Shown here in pieces: positions 29,575-39,638 of a stretch of 64,000 bases of DNA. The DNA is from Candidatus Bathyarchaeota archaeon. Its GTDB lineage: Archaea; Thermoproteota; Bathyarchaeia; Hecatellales; Hecatellaceae. The position numbers were made by a program, and so were the translations under genes. The notes beneath the pieces were generated by a model that did not search any database, was not told where the DNA came from, and saw only the letters and a list, made by a program, of their open reading frames with translations. The stretch's first letter is position 1, and every line of letters begins with the position of its first letter. Location: assembly GCA_052246995.1 (NCBI GenBank), contig JBQPWD010000003.1:64001-128000 (forward strand), read 5' to 3'.

Positions 29575-30927
29575 ATGTCTGGTGAAAGGAAGAGGGTTAT
29601 TAAACGTTTGGAGAGTATGAGGCCTCTTAGGGCTAAGGTTGACCAGTCTTATTTGGATAGTGTTAAGGCTATGCAGGAGGGTAAGCCTGTAGCTTGGTGT
29701 ATGGTTAACTGGTGGATTGGTGATGTTGTTCTTAAGGCTATGGATGTTGTTACAGTTTACCCTGAAAATTATGGTGCTGTTTGTGCAGCTTTTGGTGTAG
29801 CTGAAAAATATTTAAACCTATCTGACTCTGATGGTATTCCAACACATATGTGTGGTTACAGTAGAAATTGTTTGGGTTATGCTATTAGAATGTTTAAGGA
29901 GCTTAAAGGGCAAATTCCGCCTGAAGCACCCATGGGCGGAATGGCTAAACCTGTTCTGCTTTTAGCATCATCAACTGGATGTGATCCAAGATATAAATGG
30001 TTCCAGCTACTAGGCAGGTATATAAATGTACCAATATGGACACTAGACGCCCCATCCCCGTCAACAATTGAACATGTTATGGATGAAAAGTATATGGATC
30101 AGATTATAAGGTTTGTTAGTAGGGATTTAAGGGAGTTTGTTGGTTTTTTGGAGAAGCTTCTTGGTAGGAGGATGGATTGGGGTAAGCTTGACGAAATTGT
30201 TAACGCCACTATTGAGATGCATAGGGTTTGGTTTGAGGTTAACGAGTTGAGGAAGGCTGTACCCTGCCCCATGCATTCAAGAGACTTCTGGTCTGCAATG
30301 CCCCCTGCACTCTTCCTATTAGGAAACCCTAAGGAGAGTGTTAAGCTTTATGAGGATTTGTATAGGGAGGTTAAGTATAGGGTTGACCATGGTATATGTG
30401 CAATTCCAGAAGAAAAATATAGGTTAATGTTTAGCGAACTTCCACCATGGCACAGCCTAGCATTCTTCGAAGACCTTGCAGAAAGAGGATGGAACTTTGT
30501 AACTGAAAGTCAAGGGTACCATCCACCAATACCCTTAAACAAAGAGTTTATAGAAAAAGTTGAAGACCCTCTAGAACGTATCGTCCGCCACTTCTACCAG
30601 TTTTTAACCTATTATGCTAGAAGAAGTTTAATGGGGGGTATAGGTTGCTATTCAAGTTCAGCAGCATACCTTGTTTGGGCTAAGGAGTATAAAGTTGATG
30701 GTGCAATGCTTCACCCCCTCATAACCTGCCGGTCTGCAACATCCCATCTTTATGAGATGGGTGAAATGTTGATGAAAATATTTAAAATTCCATCTTTTAT
30801 TGTTGAAGGTGACATTGTTGACCTTAGAGTTTTTAACGCCCAAGACGCCTTAAAAAGGGCAGAACCATTCGAAGAAACAATGCAACACTACGAAAAAGAA
30901 AGAAAAAAATTAGGATTAAACTGGTAA
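29575..30927 (+). CDS. 2-hydroxyacyl-CoA dehydratase / class I benzoyl-CoA reductase large subunit (HgdA/BcrB/BzdO-like)
   Basis: YPENY...C, CGY.R..LG, CD.R.KW, LPPW, DG...H...TCR, EGD.VD.R motifs. Confidence 0.85.
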   Translation: MSGERKRVIKRLESMRPLRAKVDQSYLDSVKAMQEGKPVAWCMVNWWIGDVVLKAMDVVTVYPENYGAVCAAFGVAEKYLNLSDSDGIPTHMCGYSRNCLGYAIRMFKELKGQIPPEAPMGGMAKPVLLLASSTGCDPRYKWFQLLGRYINVPIWTLDAPSPSTIEHVMDEKYMDQIIRFVSRDLREFVGFLEKLLGRRMDWGKLDEIVNATIEMHRVWFEVNELRKAVPCPMHSRDFWSAMPPALFLLGNPKESVKLYEDLYREVKYRVDHGICAIPEEKYRLMFSELPPWHSLAFFEDLAERGWNFVTESQGYHPPIPLNKEFIEKVEDPLERIVRHFYQFLTYYARRSLMGGIGCYSSSAAYLVWAKEYKVDGAMLHPLITCRSATSHLYEMGEMLMKIFKIPSFIVEGDIVDLRVFNAQDALKRAEPFEETMQHYEKERKKLGLNW

Positions 30928-30950
30928 AAACGTGGTTGAGGGGAGAATAA

Positions 30951-32135
30951 ATGGGTAAAAGTGTTAGTGGATTTAAGTTTGTGGAGGAGTTTTACAAGAA
31001 TCCTGCTAAAAAAGTTAAAGAGTTGAAGGAAAAAACAGGTATGAAGGTGGTAGGGTATATCTGTGCTTACCCCCCACTTGAAATTTTAACTGCTGCAAAC
31101 ATAATTCCCTACAGAGTTTTTGGGGATGTAAATGAACCTATAACTGAGGGTAACAGGGTTTTACCTCCAGTAATCTGTAGCTATGTGAGAAGCGTTATCG
31201 ACCTGAGTATGAAAGGAAAGTTTAATTTTCTCGATGGAATAGTATGGTCTCATTCTTGTGACTGTATGCATAAAGGTGGATTTGTTTATGCAAGTATTGT
31301 TGGTAAACCAGAATCATATGTTCTTGAAATACCTACAACCATACGTGAGGGAACTGTTGATGTTTTTAAGTATGAGTTATCTGAGTTTAAAAAGTGGCTT
31401 GAAGATTTTGCGGAAAAGGAGGTATCCCCGGAGGGTTTAAGAGAAGCTATTGAAAAACACAATAAACAAAGAAGTTTAGTAAAAAGGTTGTATGAGCTTA
31501 AACAACAAGATCCTCCACTTATTTCTGGTGTTGAAACTCTTAAGGTAGTTTCTGTTGTTGAAGCTTTACCAGTTGAAGAGGGTAATAAAGTTTTAGAGGA
31601 AGTTATAGAAGAAGCTGAAAAACGTGAAGAAAAACCTGAAAAACGACGTGCAAGGCTTTTAATTTGGGGTAGTATAGTAGATTCACCAGCACTTTTACAG
31701 ATGATTGAGGAAGCTGGTGCTCACGTTGTTATGGATGATACTTGTGTTTGCAGTAGACAGTTTTGGGTGCATAGCAAAGATCCAAGCGTTAAAACTACAG
31801 GTGACCTTATAGAAAATTTAGCTAGAAGCTATCTTTTAGAGATTAGGTGCCCAAGACTTTACTTAGGATCTTATGGCGTGCTGAGTAAGGATTATAAGAA
31901 AGATTTAGAGGAAAGATTTGGGTATTTAAAAGATTACGTTGAAAAGTGGAAGGTTAATGGAGTTGTATTGCATAGCCTACGATGCTGTGATGTTCATGGA
32001 TATGAGGTTCCGCAGGTTAAGGACTATCTAGACATGCTTAGAGTTCCATCCATTTACATAGAACCCGAGTATGATGTAAAATCATTACCACCCTTAAGAA
32101 CAAGGATTGAAGCATTCTTAGAAACAATTTCTTAA
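30951..32135 (+). CDS. 2-hydroxyacyl-CoA dehydratase / class I benzoyl-CoA reductase second subunit (HgdB/BcrC/BzdN-like)
   Basis: GYIC.Y.P.EI..AA, CSY.RS, HSCD, DD.C...R, CD.H, LRTRIEAFLE. Confidence 0.85.
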   Translation: MGKSVSGFKFVEEFYKNPAKKVKELKEKTGMKVVGYICAYPPLEILTAANIIPYRVFGDVNEPITEGNRVLPPVICSYVRSVIDLSMKGKFNFLDGIVWSHSCDCMHKGGFVYASIVGKPESYVLEIPTTIREGTVDVFKYELSEFKKWLEDFAEKEVSPEGLREAIEKHNKQRSLVKRLYELKQQDPPLISGVETLKVVSVVEALPVEEGNKVLEEVIEEAEKREEKPEKRRARLLIWGSIVDSPALLQMIEEAGAHVVMDDTCVCSRQFWVHSKDPSVKTTGDLIENLARSYLLEIRCPRLYLGSYGVLSKDYKKDLEERFGYLKDYVEKWKVNGVVLHSLRCCDVHGYEVPQVKDYLDMLRVPSIYIEPEYDVKSLPPLRTRIEAFLETIS

Positions 32136-32177
32136 CTCTTAAAAATAATCTTAACTTTTTTATTAAACGGGAGTTTA

Positions 32178-33020
32178 ATGTATTTTGTAGGAGTTGATAT
32201 AGGTTCAACCTTCACCAAGGTTGTAATAGTAGATTCTAACGGTGATATTGCCTCTAAAGTCGAGGTCCCAACAAGGGCTGAACAACGTAAATTAGCCAAC
32301 AAGGTTATGGTTGAAGCATTAAACCAGACAAAGCTCTCTCTTGATGAAGTAGCTTACATTGTAGCCACAGGTTATGGCAGGTTTAATGTTCCTTTTGCAG
32401 ATCGTCAAGTTACAGAGTTAACATGTCATGCTAAAGGTATATCTACTCTGTTTCCTTCAGTGAAAACCGCTATTGACATTGGTGGACAGGATTCCAAGGG
32501 ACTTAAAATTAAGGATGGAAAACTGGTTAATTTTGTTACAAATGATAAATGTGCAGCCGGAACTGGAAGATTTCTTGAAGTTATGGCGGATTTGTTAAAT
32601 CTTAAAGTTGAAGATTTGGGAAAAATTTCCTTAAAATCAACAAGAAAAGTTAAAATTAGCAGCATATGTACAGTTTTTGCACGGTATGAGGTTATGGCAA
32701 AAATTTCTGAGAATGTTCCCATTGAAGATGTGATTGCAGGTTTACATTCTTCTATAGCTGACAGAATCATCAGAATGGTAAGTAGAATTGGTATTGAACC
32801 TGATGTTGCCGTTACAGGAGGAGTTGCAAAGAATGTTGGTGTTGTTAAGGCTATAGAAGAGTTGTTAGGGTATAAGGTTCTTGTTCCAGATGATCCATTA
32901 ATCACGGGAGCTTTGGGTGCAGCAATAATAGGAAAAAACATTATTGAGGAAGCGTTAAGGAGAGGAGAGGTTGTTAAAAAAGGACCGCGCCGCCTTGAGG
33001 AGGTTACATTTTACTGGTAG
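32178..33020 (+). CDS. ATP-dependent activase (ASKHA ATPase, HgdC/BcrA/BzdQ-like)
   Basis: GVDIGSTFTK, ATGYGR, TELTCHAKG, DIGGQDSK, NDKCAAGTGRFLE, SSICTVFA, TGGVAKN. Confidence 0.9.
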   Translation: MYFVGVDIGSTFTKVVIVDSNGDIASKVEVPTRAEQRKLANKVMVEALNQTKLSLDEVAYIVATGYGRFNVPFADRQVTELTCHAKGISTLFPSVKTAIDIGGQDSKGLKIKDGKLVNFVTNDKCAAGTGRFLEVMADLLNLKVEDLGKISLKSTRKVKISSICTVFARYEVMAKISENVPIEDVIAGLHSSIADRIIRMVSRIGIEPDVAVTGGVAKNVGVVKAIEELLGYKVLVPDDPLITGALGAAIIGKNIIEEALRRGEVVKKGPRRLEEVTFYW

Positions 33021-33035
33021 GAGGAAAGTAACAGT

Positions 33036-33833
33036 ATGAAATCAAGATTTTTTATGGGTATTGATATAGGTGTAGGTACAAGTAAGGGTGTTATAATAAA
33101 TGAAGAAGAGAACATAGTAGCATGCCATATATTACCTTCAGGTTTCAACTATAACTTGGCCGCTCAAAAACTTTTAAATGAACTTCTAGTTAAGGCTGGT
33201 TTAACTATGGAAAACTTATCTTATGTTGTAGCTACTGGTCAAGGTTCACCTAGTGTTGATTTTGCTAATGAGGAAGTTACAGATATTGTTTGTTGTGCAA
33301 GAGGAATAAATAAGTTGTTTCCCTCAGTAAGGACAGTTATCGATTTAGGTGAACAAACTAGTAGAGTTATTCATGTTGATAAAGATGGGTATGTAGCAAA
33401 TTTTATTGTTTCTGAAAAATGTGCTGGAGGTAGTGGATACATTTTACGTGTTGTTGCTAACATTTTACGTGTAAAATTAGAGGATTTAGGGGCTTTATCC
33501 CTTGCATCTAAAAATCCCATTAGCTTTACAACTAGATGTGCAGTTTTTGCTGAAACCGAGATTGTTTCAATGGTTGCTGAAGGCTTCCAGAAGGAGGATA
33601 TTGTCGCAGGAATCCATAAAGCATTAGCCGACAAAATTTTTGAGCTTGTTAACCGTGTAGGCTTAAAGGAGCCATGTGCAATTGCTGGTGGAGGCGGATG
33701 TGATGCTGGATTTATTAAAAGTTTGAAAGAAAGATTAGGAGTAGAAATAGTTATACCCCCTCAACCCCAGATAATCCTAGCTTTAGGCGCGGCAGTAATA
33801 GGTAAGAAAATTTTAAATAAACAAAATTTTTAA
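33036..33833 (+). CDS. Second, divergent activase subunit (BcrD/BzdP-like)
   Basis: GIDIG...SK, ATGQG, DLGEQTSR in place of DIGGQD, SEKCAGGSG, RCAVFAETE; both Fe-S Cys retained. Confidence 0.85.
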   Translation: MKSRFFMGIDIGVGTSKGVIINEEENIVACHILPSGFNYNLAAQKLLNELLVKAGLTMENLSYVVATGQGSPSVDFANEEVTDIVCCARGINKLFPSVRTVIDLGEQTSRVIHVDKDGYVANFIVSEKCAGGSGYILRVVANILRVKLEDLGALSLASKNPISFTTRCAVFAETEIVSMVAEGFQKEDIVAGIHKALADKIFELVNRVGLKEPCAIAGGGGCDAGFIKSLKERLGVEIVIPPQPQIILALGAAVIGKKILNKQNF

Positions 33834-33866
33834 CTATACCTCCTAACTTAAGATTAACGGTTATGG

Positions 33867-35123
33867 GTGGAAAAATTGACAAGAGTTTTTGTTTTAAGTG
33901 CACGTAGAACTCCGTTTGGAAGGTTTGGTGGCTCATTGAGTAATTTAGCACCTGAGGGAAAACTTATAATAGAGCTTACTATGGTGGTGTTTAAAGAACT
34001 GCTGGAAAAGGCGAAAAAATCTTCAGAGGAGGTTGATGAGATATACTGGGGGGTTGGTGACAGCTCTCAGTGTCAGGATGTGTATACGCCGGTAGTTGCA
34101 AGACAAGCTTGGCTTAAATGTGGCTTTAACCCTAAAAAGTTTATTCTTGATATTGACCGAGCTTGTTGTTCTGGAATGGATGCTTTAATGCTTGGGTATA
34201 GAAGTATTTTACTGGGTGAAGCTAAGGTAGCAATAGGTGGAGGAGTTACATGCTTTAGCCAGGAACCATTGATAATTAGAGGTTTAAGGTGGAGAGGTTA
34301 TAGACTTGGTTTAGAGAGTATCATAATAGAGGATCCACTTTACAGGCTTGGGTACAAAGATTTTAACCCTGTTGCTGTTGATACTGGGGAAGTTGCCTTG
34401 GAATATGGTGTCTCCAGGGAAGAACAGGATATTTGGGCTTTACGTAGCCACCAAAGATATGGAAAAGCGTGGCAGGAAGGAAAATTTAAAGATGAAATTA
34501 TATCTTTAGAGATCCCTCTAAGAGATGAAAAAGGGAAAATTGTTGGTAGCAAGGTTTTAGATATAGATGAGCAATATAGGCCTGATGCCAGCTTAGAGAA
34601 GCTTTCAAAGCTTCCAACAATCTATGGAAGCCCAACGGTAACAGCTGGGAATGCCCCTGGCTTAAATGATGGTGCTGCTGGTTGCTTAATTGCAAGCGAG
34701 GAAAAAGTAGGAAATTGTAAGCCTTTGGGTGAAATTGTAGCCATGGCTTATGCGGCGCAGGAGGCTAGATATATAGCTTCAGTTCCAGCTTACGCTATAA
34801 TCAAGGTTTTAGAAAAAGCTAAGCTAAGTTTAGATGACATAAAACTTATAGAGATTAATGAAGCCTTTGCAGCTCAACCATTAGTTTCAACAAAAATCCT
34901 ATGTCAAGAATATTATGTAGGAAATGAGGAAAAGCTTAAAGAGATACGTGAAAAAACAAATGTTAATGGGTCAGCAATAGCTGCGGGTCATCCAAATACT
35001 GCTAGCGGTGCAAGATTGGTGATGCATCTACTCTATGAGCTTAGAAGAAGAGGTGGTGGATATGGTGTTGCGGCAATTTGCGGGGGTTTAGCTCAAGGTT
35101 CAGCATGCATAGTAAAAGTTTAG
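33867..35123 (+). CDS. Thiolase (acyl-CoA C-acyltransferase)
   Basis: RTPFGRFGG, active-site DRACCSG, TAGNAPGLNDGA, NEAFA, GHP, CGG. Confidence 0.92.
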   Translation: MEKLTRVFVLSARRTPFGRFGGSLSNLAPEGKLIIELTMVVFKELLEKAKKSSEEVDEIYWGVGDSSQCQDVYTPVVARQAWLKCGFNPKKFILDIDRACCSGMDALMLGYRSILLGEAKVAIGGGVTCFSQEPLIIRGLRWRGYRLGLESIIIEDPLYRLGYKDFNPVAVDTGEVALEYGVSREEQDIWALRSHQRYGKAWQEGKFKDEIISLEIPLRDEKGKIVGSKVLDIDEQYRPDASLEKLSKLPTIYGSPTVTAGNAPGLNDGAAGCLIASEEKVGNCKPLGEIVAMAYAAQEARYIASVPAYAIIKVLEKAKLSLDDIKLIEINEAFAAQPLVSTKILCQEYYVGNEEKLKEIREKTNVNGSAIAAGHPNTASGARLVMHLLYELRRRGGGYGVAAICGGLAQGSACIVKV

Positions 35124-35201
35124 AAAAAATTTATTTAAAAAAGTAAGTTTTTAAGGTTTAAAATAAAAGGTTTGATTTTAATTCAGGCTTATCTTTCAAA
35201 A

Positions 35202-36104
35202 TTACTTTTTCTTTTGTATTTTAAAGTAATCGTAGAAGCCTCCCCTACTTCCAGGCTTTGTTCTTGGATCTCCAAGGAAGCCTGCTGTAACAAGCTTTCT
35301 TAGTATTAGTGGTGCGGCATATCTTGAATCTTTAGTTCGGTCATAAACATACTCACATACGTGGAGCATGGTGTCTAACCCTATAAGGTCTGAAAGTTCA
35401 AATGGTCCCATTGGAAATCCGAAAGCCATTTTACACATATCATCAATCTCTTTTATTCCTGCAATTCCTAACTCAAAAAGCCTGATGGCTTCACATATCC
35501 AGTTTGTAATAAATCTTGATGTAAAGAAGCCTGGGCCATCACTAGCCTCAATTGGAATTTTATCAAGTTTTTTTGAAAGCTCAACCGTAATGTTGAATGT
35601 TTCATCTGAGGTTAACGTTCCCCTAATAACCTCTATGAGCCTCATAACTGGTGCAGGATTAAACCAATGCATCCCAACAAACCTTTCAGGCCTTTTAACA
35701 GCTGTTGCAAGCTCAGTAATCATTATGCTTGAAGTGTTTGATGCTATGATTGTTTCAGGGGAAACTATCTCGCTAACCTGTTTAAAAACTTTTTTCTTGA
35801 GTTCAGGATCCTCGGGTATAGCTTCAATAACATACTGGGCTTTGTTAAGCATGTTTAAATCTGTTGTAGGCTTAATCCTACTAATAACTTTATCAACATC
35901 TTCAGGCTTAATTTTTCCTTTCTCAACAAGCCTTGTTAAGCCGAAGGGACCACTTCTTATAAGTTCCATCGCTTTCTTTAAAAATTCATCCTTAACATCT
36001 ACAAGAACTATGTCATATCCCGACCTTGCACAAACTTGCGCTATACCGTGACCCATTACACCAGATCCAATTACACCTATAACCTTAATGTCCTCAATCT
36101 TCAA
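35202..36104 (-). CDS. 3-hydroxyacyl-CoA dehydrogenase
   Basis: GSGVMGHGIAQ, IEAIPE, ASNTSS, GMHWFNP, PMGPFEL.D.IGLD. Confidence 0.93.
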   Translation of the reverse strand: MKIEDIKVIGVIGSGVMGHGIAQVCARSGYDIVLVDVKDEFLKKAMELIRSGPFGLTRLVEKGKIKPEDVDKVISRIKPTTDLNMLNKAQYVIEAIPEDPELKKKVFKQVSEIVSPETIIASNTSSIMITELATAVKRPERFVGMHWFNPAPVMRLIEVIRGTLTSDETFNITVELSKKLDKIPIEASDGPGFFTSRFITNWICEAIRLFELGIAGIKEIDDMCKMAFGFPMGPFELSDLIGLDTMLHVCEYVYDRTKDSRYAAPLILRKLVTAGFLGDPRTKPGSRGGFYDYFKIQKKK

Positions 36105-36238
36105 CTTTAAACCCCTATTAACATTTTCTTCCTAACTTTATAAAAACTTTCTTATCATTCTTTTTAAAAAAGTGAAGCAAATATATAAATACGCGAACTG
36201 TCCTTCTCTTATAATTATTGTTTTAGGAGGACTAACCA

Positions 36239-38458
36239 ATGGTCTATGAAGAAATAAGAAAGAAAGTTAAAATGTGGAGGGAACCTTCAAAAGAAGAATT
36301 GGAAGAAATAAGAAAAATGGTAAGGGAAGCTTTTCCACGCGAAAGTGAAGAGTTCGTTGAGGAGTTAACATTAAACCTCTCCCAAGTTCAGCCAACCTTA
36401 AGGAAGTTTTACGTATGGAATGAAAAAGATAAAAAGGAAGGGAAAAAGGTTCCTTTAGGTCAAAGGGAGCTTTGGCCTAATCCAGCTCAATATGTTGTTG
36501 AGGCTCTCAAGGAACACAATGTGGAATGTGTTTTCGGTATACAGGGAGGGCACTTCTGGTCTGTAACCGACCTCATAAGCATGTATGGAATAAAAACCTA
36601 CGTGTTTCATCATGAATCTTCTTGTATGTATGCTGCAGAAGCCTATGCAAGAACTAAAAGAAAAGCTGCAGTATGCTATGTAACTGTGGGTCCTGGAACA
36701 ACAAACTTCTTCTCAGGTTTATATCAAGCTAGATTAAGCTGTACTCCTATTGTGTGTATTGTTGCTGGAAACGAGTCTCAAAGTAGAGATATGTACACTA
36801 TACAAGCACATTGGGCTGAAACCAATTTAAGCGGCGCTGCTAAATGGGTTAGACGTATGGAGCACTCAGCAATGATAAAGCGTTATATGACTTGGGGCTT
36901 TAGAATTGCGCAAACTTATCCATGCGGCCCTGTTGTTCTTGAATTCCCCTATCACCTACACTGGGATCCAGAGTGCTTTAAGGGTGAAAATAGACTTGGT
37001 AAACATGTTATTGAAGCTGTATTTGGGCAGCATGCATACTACAGAGAAAAATGGTATGGAGATAGAACTGATGATAACCCTAAAACATGGATGCCTGGCC
37101 CTAAGCCTGAATTAATCAAGGAGGCTGTTGAGGTCTTATGGAAATCTGAGAGACCTGTAATTGCTGTTGGTGACGGTGCATACTGGTCTGCTTGCGAAAA
37201 GGAACTTAAGGAATTTGCGGACTATACTCACATCCCGGTTATGACTAGAAGAGCTGGTAGAGGTATGATTGATGAACTTGGAGAAACTCCATACATGTCA
37301 AGGTTTATTACTCACAAAAGCTTTTCACGTTACCGTGGTCAAATTGATCTCATCCTAAACTTGGGTGTTAAGTTAAGCATGTTTGACTGGTATGGAGCGG
37401 ATTGGCCTGCAACAATTTCAATACTTCCAGCTATGGATCCAAGAGAAGCCTGTGGTCATGTTTGGACTTGGCTTGACACAAAAGTTTTAATAATTAGCGA
37501 CATCCAGACAGCACTTCAAGCCATGCTTGACTATATTAAGCAAAAGGGTCTAAAGCCTAGGAAGGAGTGGATTGAGTTTGGAGATACTGTAATGAAGATG
37601 GAGAAAAAGTGGATGGAGGAGAGGCTTAAGGCTTCAGAAGAATTTAAGCATATGAGTCCTGTTGCTTGGCCCTATCTTCTAGCGGCTATCCATAAAGTCT
37701 TGATGGAAAGATATAACTTTATGAATACAATTGTCCAAGATGGATACACAATATCACAGATGGCGGGAGGGTATGAGAGATTCCGTTATCCAGGGCAGCT
37801 TATAGAGTGCGCTGAACAGGCTGGAGTAGGTCATGGTGTAGGTCAATCTATAGGTGCTGCAATAGCTCAAGGTGAATTTGCTAAGAAGTATCCGATCCTA
37901 GTTTTGCTTGGTGATGCAGGTGCAGGTCTTCACGGTATGGATATAGAAACAGCATTAAAGTATAAACTGCCAATAGTATATCTGATCACAAACAACGATG
38001 GATGGCTTACGGGTGCTAAATGGATTTACTATGGAAAGAATTGGGATGCTTTAGGATACTTAGGACATAACCAAGATAAGGAGTTTGGAACATCAGAGTT
38101 CTTACCAGACATAAGATGGGATAAAATGTTTGAGGTTATTGGTTGTCATGGTGAATGGGTTACTAAGGGTGAGGAAGTTTTACCTGCTCTCAATAGGGCT
38201 TTTGATTCTGCTGAGAAATGTATACCTGCGGTGGTAAACGTAGATATGTGGCCAGGATGGATGAGCCCCGGAGCTCAAACATATGCCTACCAGATAAGCT
38301 GGGGTCACATACCATGGGAAATTTGTCCAAAGAAGGGTAAGGCTTTACGCAGATGGTGGCTTGCCCATGAGTTTGATTGGGAGAAGCTTGGTATACCTGT
38401 ACCTGAAGCTCCACCAGACCCATACTATCCAACTACAGAATGGGAAGCTGAGCCATAA
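36239..38458 (+). CDS. Large ThDP-dependent enzyme (ALS/HACL/oxalyl-CoA decarboxylase superfamily), paralog 1, with N-terminal extension
   Basis: FGIQGGH, HHE....AAEAY, TVGPG, ThDP motif GDAG...NND. Confidence 0.85.
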   Translation: MVYEEIRKKVKMWREPSKEELEEIRKMVREAFPRESEEFVEELTLNLSQVQPTLRKFYVWNEKDKKEGKKVPLGQRELWPNPAQYVVEALKEHNVECVFGIQGGHFWSVTDLISMYGIKTYVFHHESSCMYAAEAYARTKRKAAVCYVTVGPGTTNFFSGLYQARLSCTPIVCIVAGNESQSRDMYTIQAHWAETNLSGAAKWVRRMEHSAMIKRYMTWGFRIAQTYPCGPVVLEFPYHLHWDPECFKGENRLGKHVIEAVFGQHAYYREKWYGDRTDDNPKTWMPGPKPELIKEAVEVLWKSERPVIAVGDGAYWSACEKELKEFADYTHIPVMTRRAGRGMIDELGETPYMSRFITHKSFSRYRGQIDLILNLGVKLSMFDWYGADWPATISILPAMDPREACGHVWTWLDTKVLIISDIQTALQAMLDYIKQKGLKPRKEWIEFGDTVMKMEKKWMEERLKASEEFKHMSPVAWPYLLAAIHKVLMERYNFMNTIVQDGYTISQMAGGYERFRYPGQLIECAEQAGVGHGVGQSIGAAIAQGEFAKKYPILVLLGDAGAGLHGMDIETALKYKLPIVYLITNNDGWLTGAKWIYYGKNWDALGYLGHNQDKEFGTSEFLPDIRWDKMFEVIGCHGEWVTKGEEVLPALNRAFDSAEKCIPAVVNVDMWPGWMSPGAQTYAYQISWGHIPWEICPKKGKALRRWWLAHEFDWEKLGIPVPEAPPDPYYPTTEWEAEP

Positions 38459-38552
38459 CAAGATGGCTTACCCAAATACTTTTATTTTTTGATATTTTCC
38501 TTTACGTTAAAAATTTTAGAAATTTTTAGGCCTTATAGGGAGGGGGCTATTT

Positions 38553-39578
38553 TTGCCTCAAATAGATGATGTTAAATTTGGACTTGAAACAACAGTCTTA
38601 CCTAACAAAAGTCCAGAATTTTTTTCAAGTATTGAGAAAAACGGGTTTGATAGTATTTGGGTTAATGACCACTTTCTACCATGGTCTGACAGAGATGGTG
38701 AAAGATTTCCTTTTTCAAATTTTATGCAGTGGGTTTACCTGCCGTTAATTTTAAGTTATACATCTAAAGTTAAGGTTGGAACAGCAGTTACATGCCCATT
38801 ATTCCGATACCATCCAGCAATAGTGGCCCAGTATTTTGCACAATTAGATTGGACTTTTCCTGGAAGAGTTATACTTGGGGTAGGTACAGGTGAAATGATT
38901 AACGAAAGTCCCTTTGGGTTATGGCCAAGTCTTAAAGAGAGACGTGAAAGGCTTGCAGAAGCTGTTAGGCTTATAAGAATGCTTTGGGAAAAGAAAGACT
39001 ACTTTACATTTGAAGGAAAGTATTATCAGCTTAAAAATGCAAAACTTTACGTAAGACCTAAAGAAAAAATACCCATAATAGTTTCTGCAGGAGGACCTAA
39101 AGCTGCAGAACTTGCAGGTGAAATTGGAGACGGCATTATGGCTTTTTCAGGCTCCCCAGCAGAAGTGGAAGATAGGATACTTAAACCTTACCGTGAAAGT
39201 GTAAAAAAAACTGGAAAAAAGTTTGAGGAAATGGAGAGAACTTTATACATTTTTGGTGGTGTTGTTGACCCAAACATTTTAACAAAAATTCTTAGAGGGT
39301 TAAAAAGAACAGTAATATGGACTTTCGAGGAAGCACATAAGAAAGCTGACCCTAGAGAAATTGACCAGCTTGTTGAAGCAGCTCCTGAAAGTATAGTTTT
39401 AGAGAAATCAGCATTTGTAACTTCTGTTGACGAACTAATAGATCGTCTTGAAAAATATGTAAAGGCAGGGATAAACCACTTTATCTTTGCAGATTTTACA
39501 AACAGTATAGCTCGCAAGCCTGATGAAATTTCAGATATTTGGAGTAAAAAAGTCATTCCATACTTCAAGGGGAAGTAG
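38553..39578 (+). CDS. LLM-class (F420-dependent) oxidoreductase, paralog 2
   Basis: GFDSIWVNDHFLPW, VTCPLFRYHPAIVAQ, GVGTGE..NE. Confidence 0.85.
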   Translation: MPQIDDVKFGLETTVLPNKSPEFFSSIEKNGFDSIWVNDHFLPWSDRDGERFPFSNFMQWVYLPLILSYTSKVKVGTAVTCPLFRYHPAIVAQYFAQLDWTFPGRVILGVGTGEMINESPFGLWPSLKERRERLAEAVRLIRMLWEKKDYFTFEGKYYQLKNAKLYVRPKEKIPIIVSAGGPKAAELAGEIGDGIMAFSGSPAEVEDRILKPYRESVKKTGKKFEEMERTLYIFGGVVDPNILTKILRGLKRTVIWTFEEAHKKADPREIDQLVEAAPESIVLEKSAFVTSVDELIDRLEKYVKAGINHFIFADFTNSIARKPDEISDIWSKKVIPYFKGK

Positions 39579-39638
39579 GTAGGCCGTTATGCTGCAAATA
39601 TTTAAACTATAAAACCTCCTCTTTTTAAGGTCTTTTTT

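Noticed and set aside
32426-32941. 171-aa minus-strand ORF and the many similar short nested ORFs in the track (for example 50547..51002, 57408..57836, 18802..19209)
   Set aside because: They overlap well-supported genes, mostly on the opposite strand, with typical antisense composition
35368-36051. 227-aa plus-strand ORF
   Set aside because: Antisense shadow of the 3-hydroxyacyl-CoA dehydrogenase; Ser/Ile-rich with no motifs
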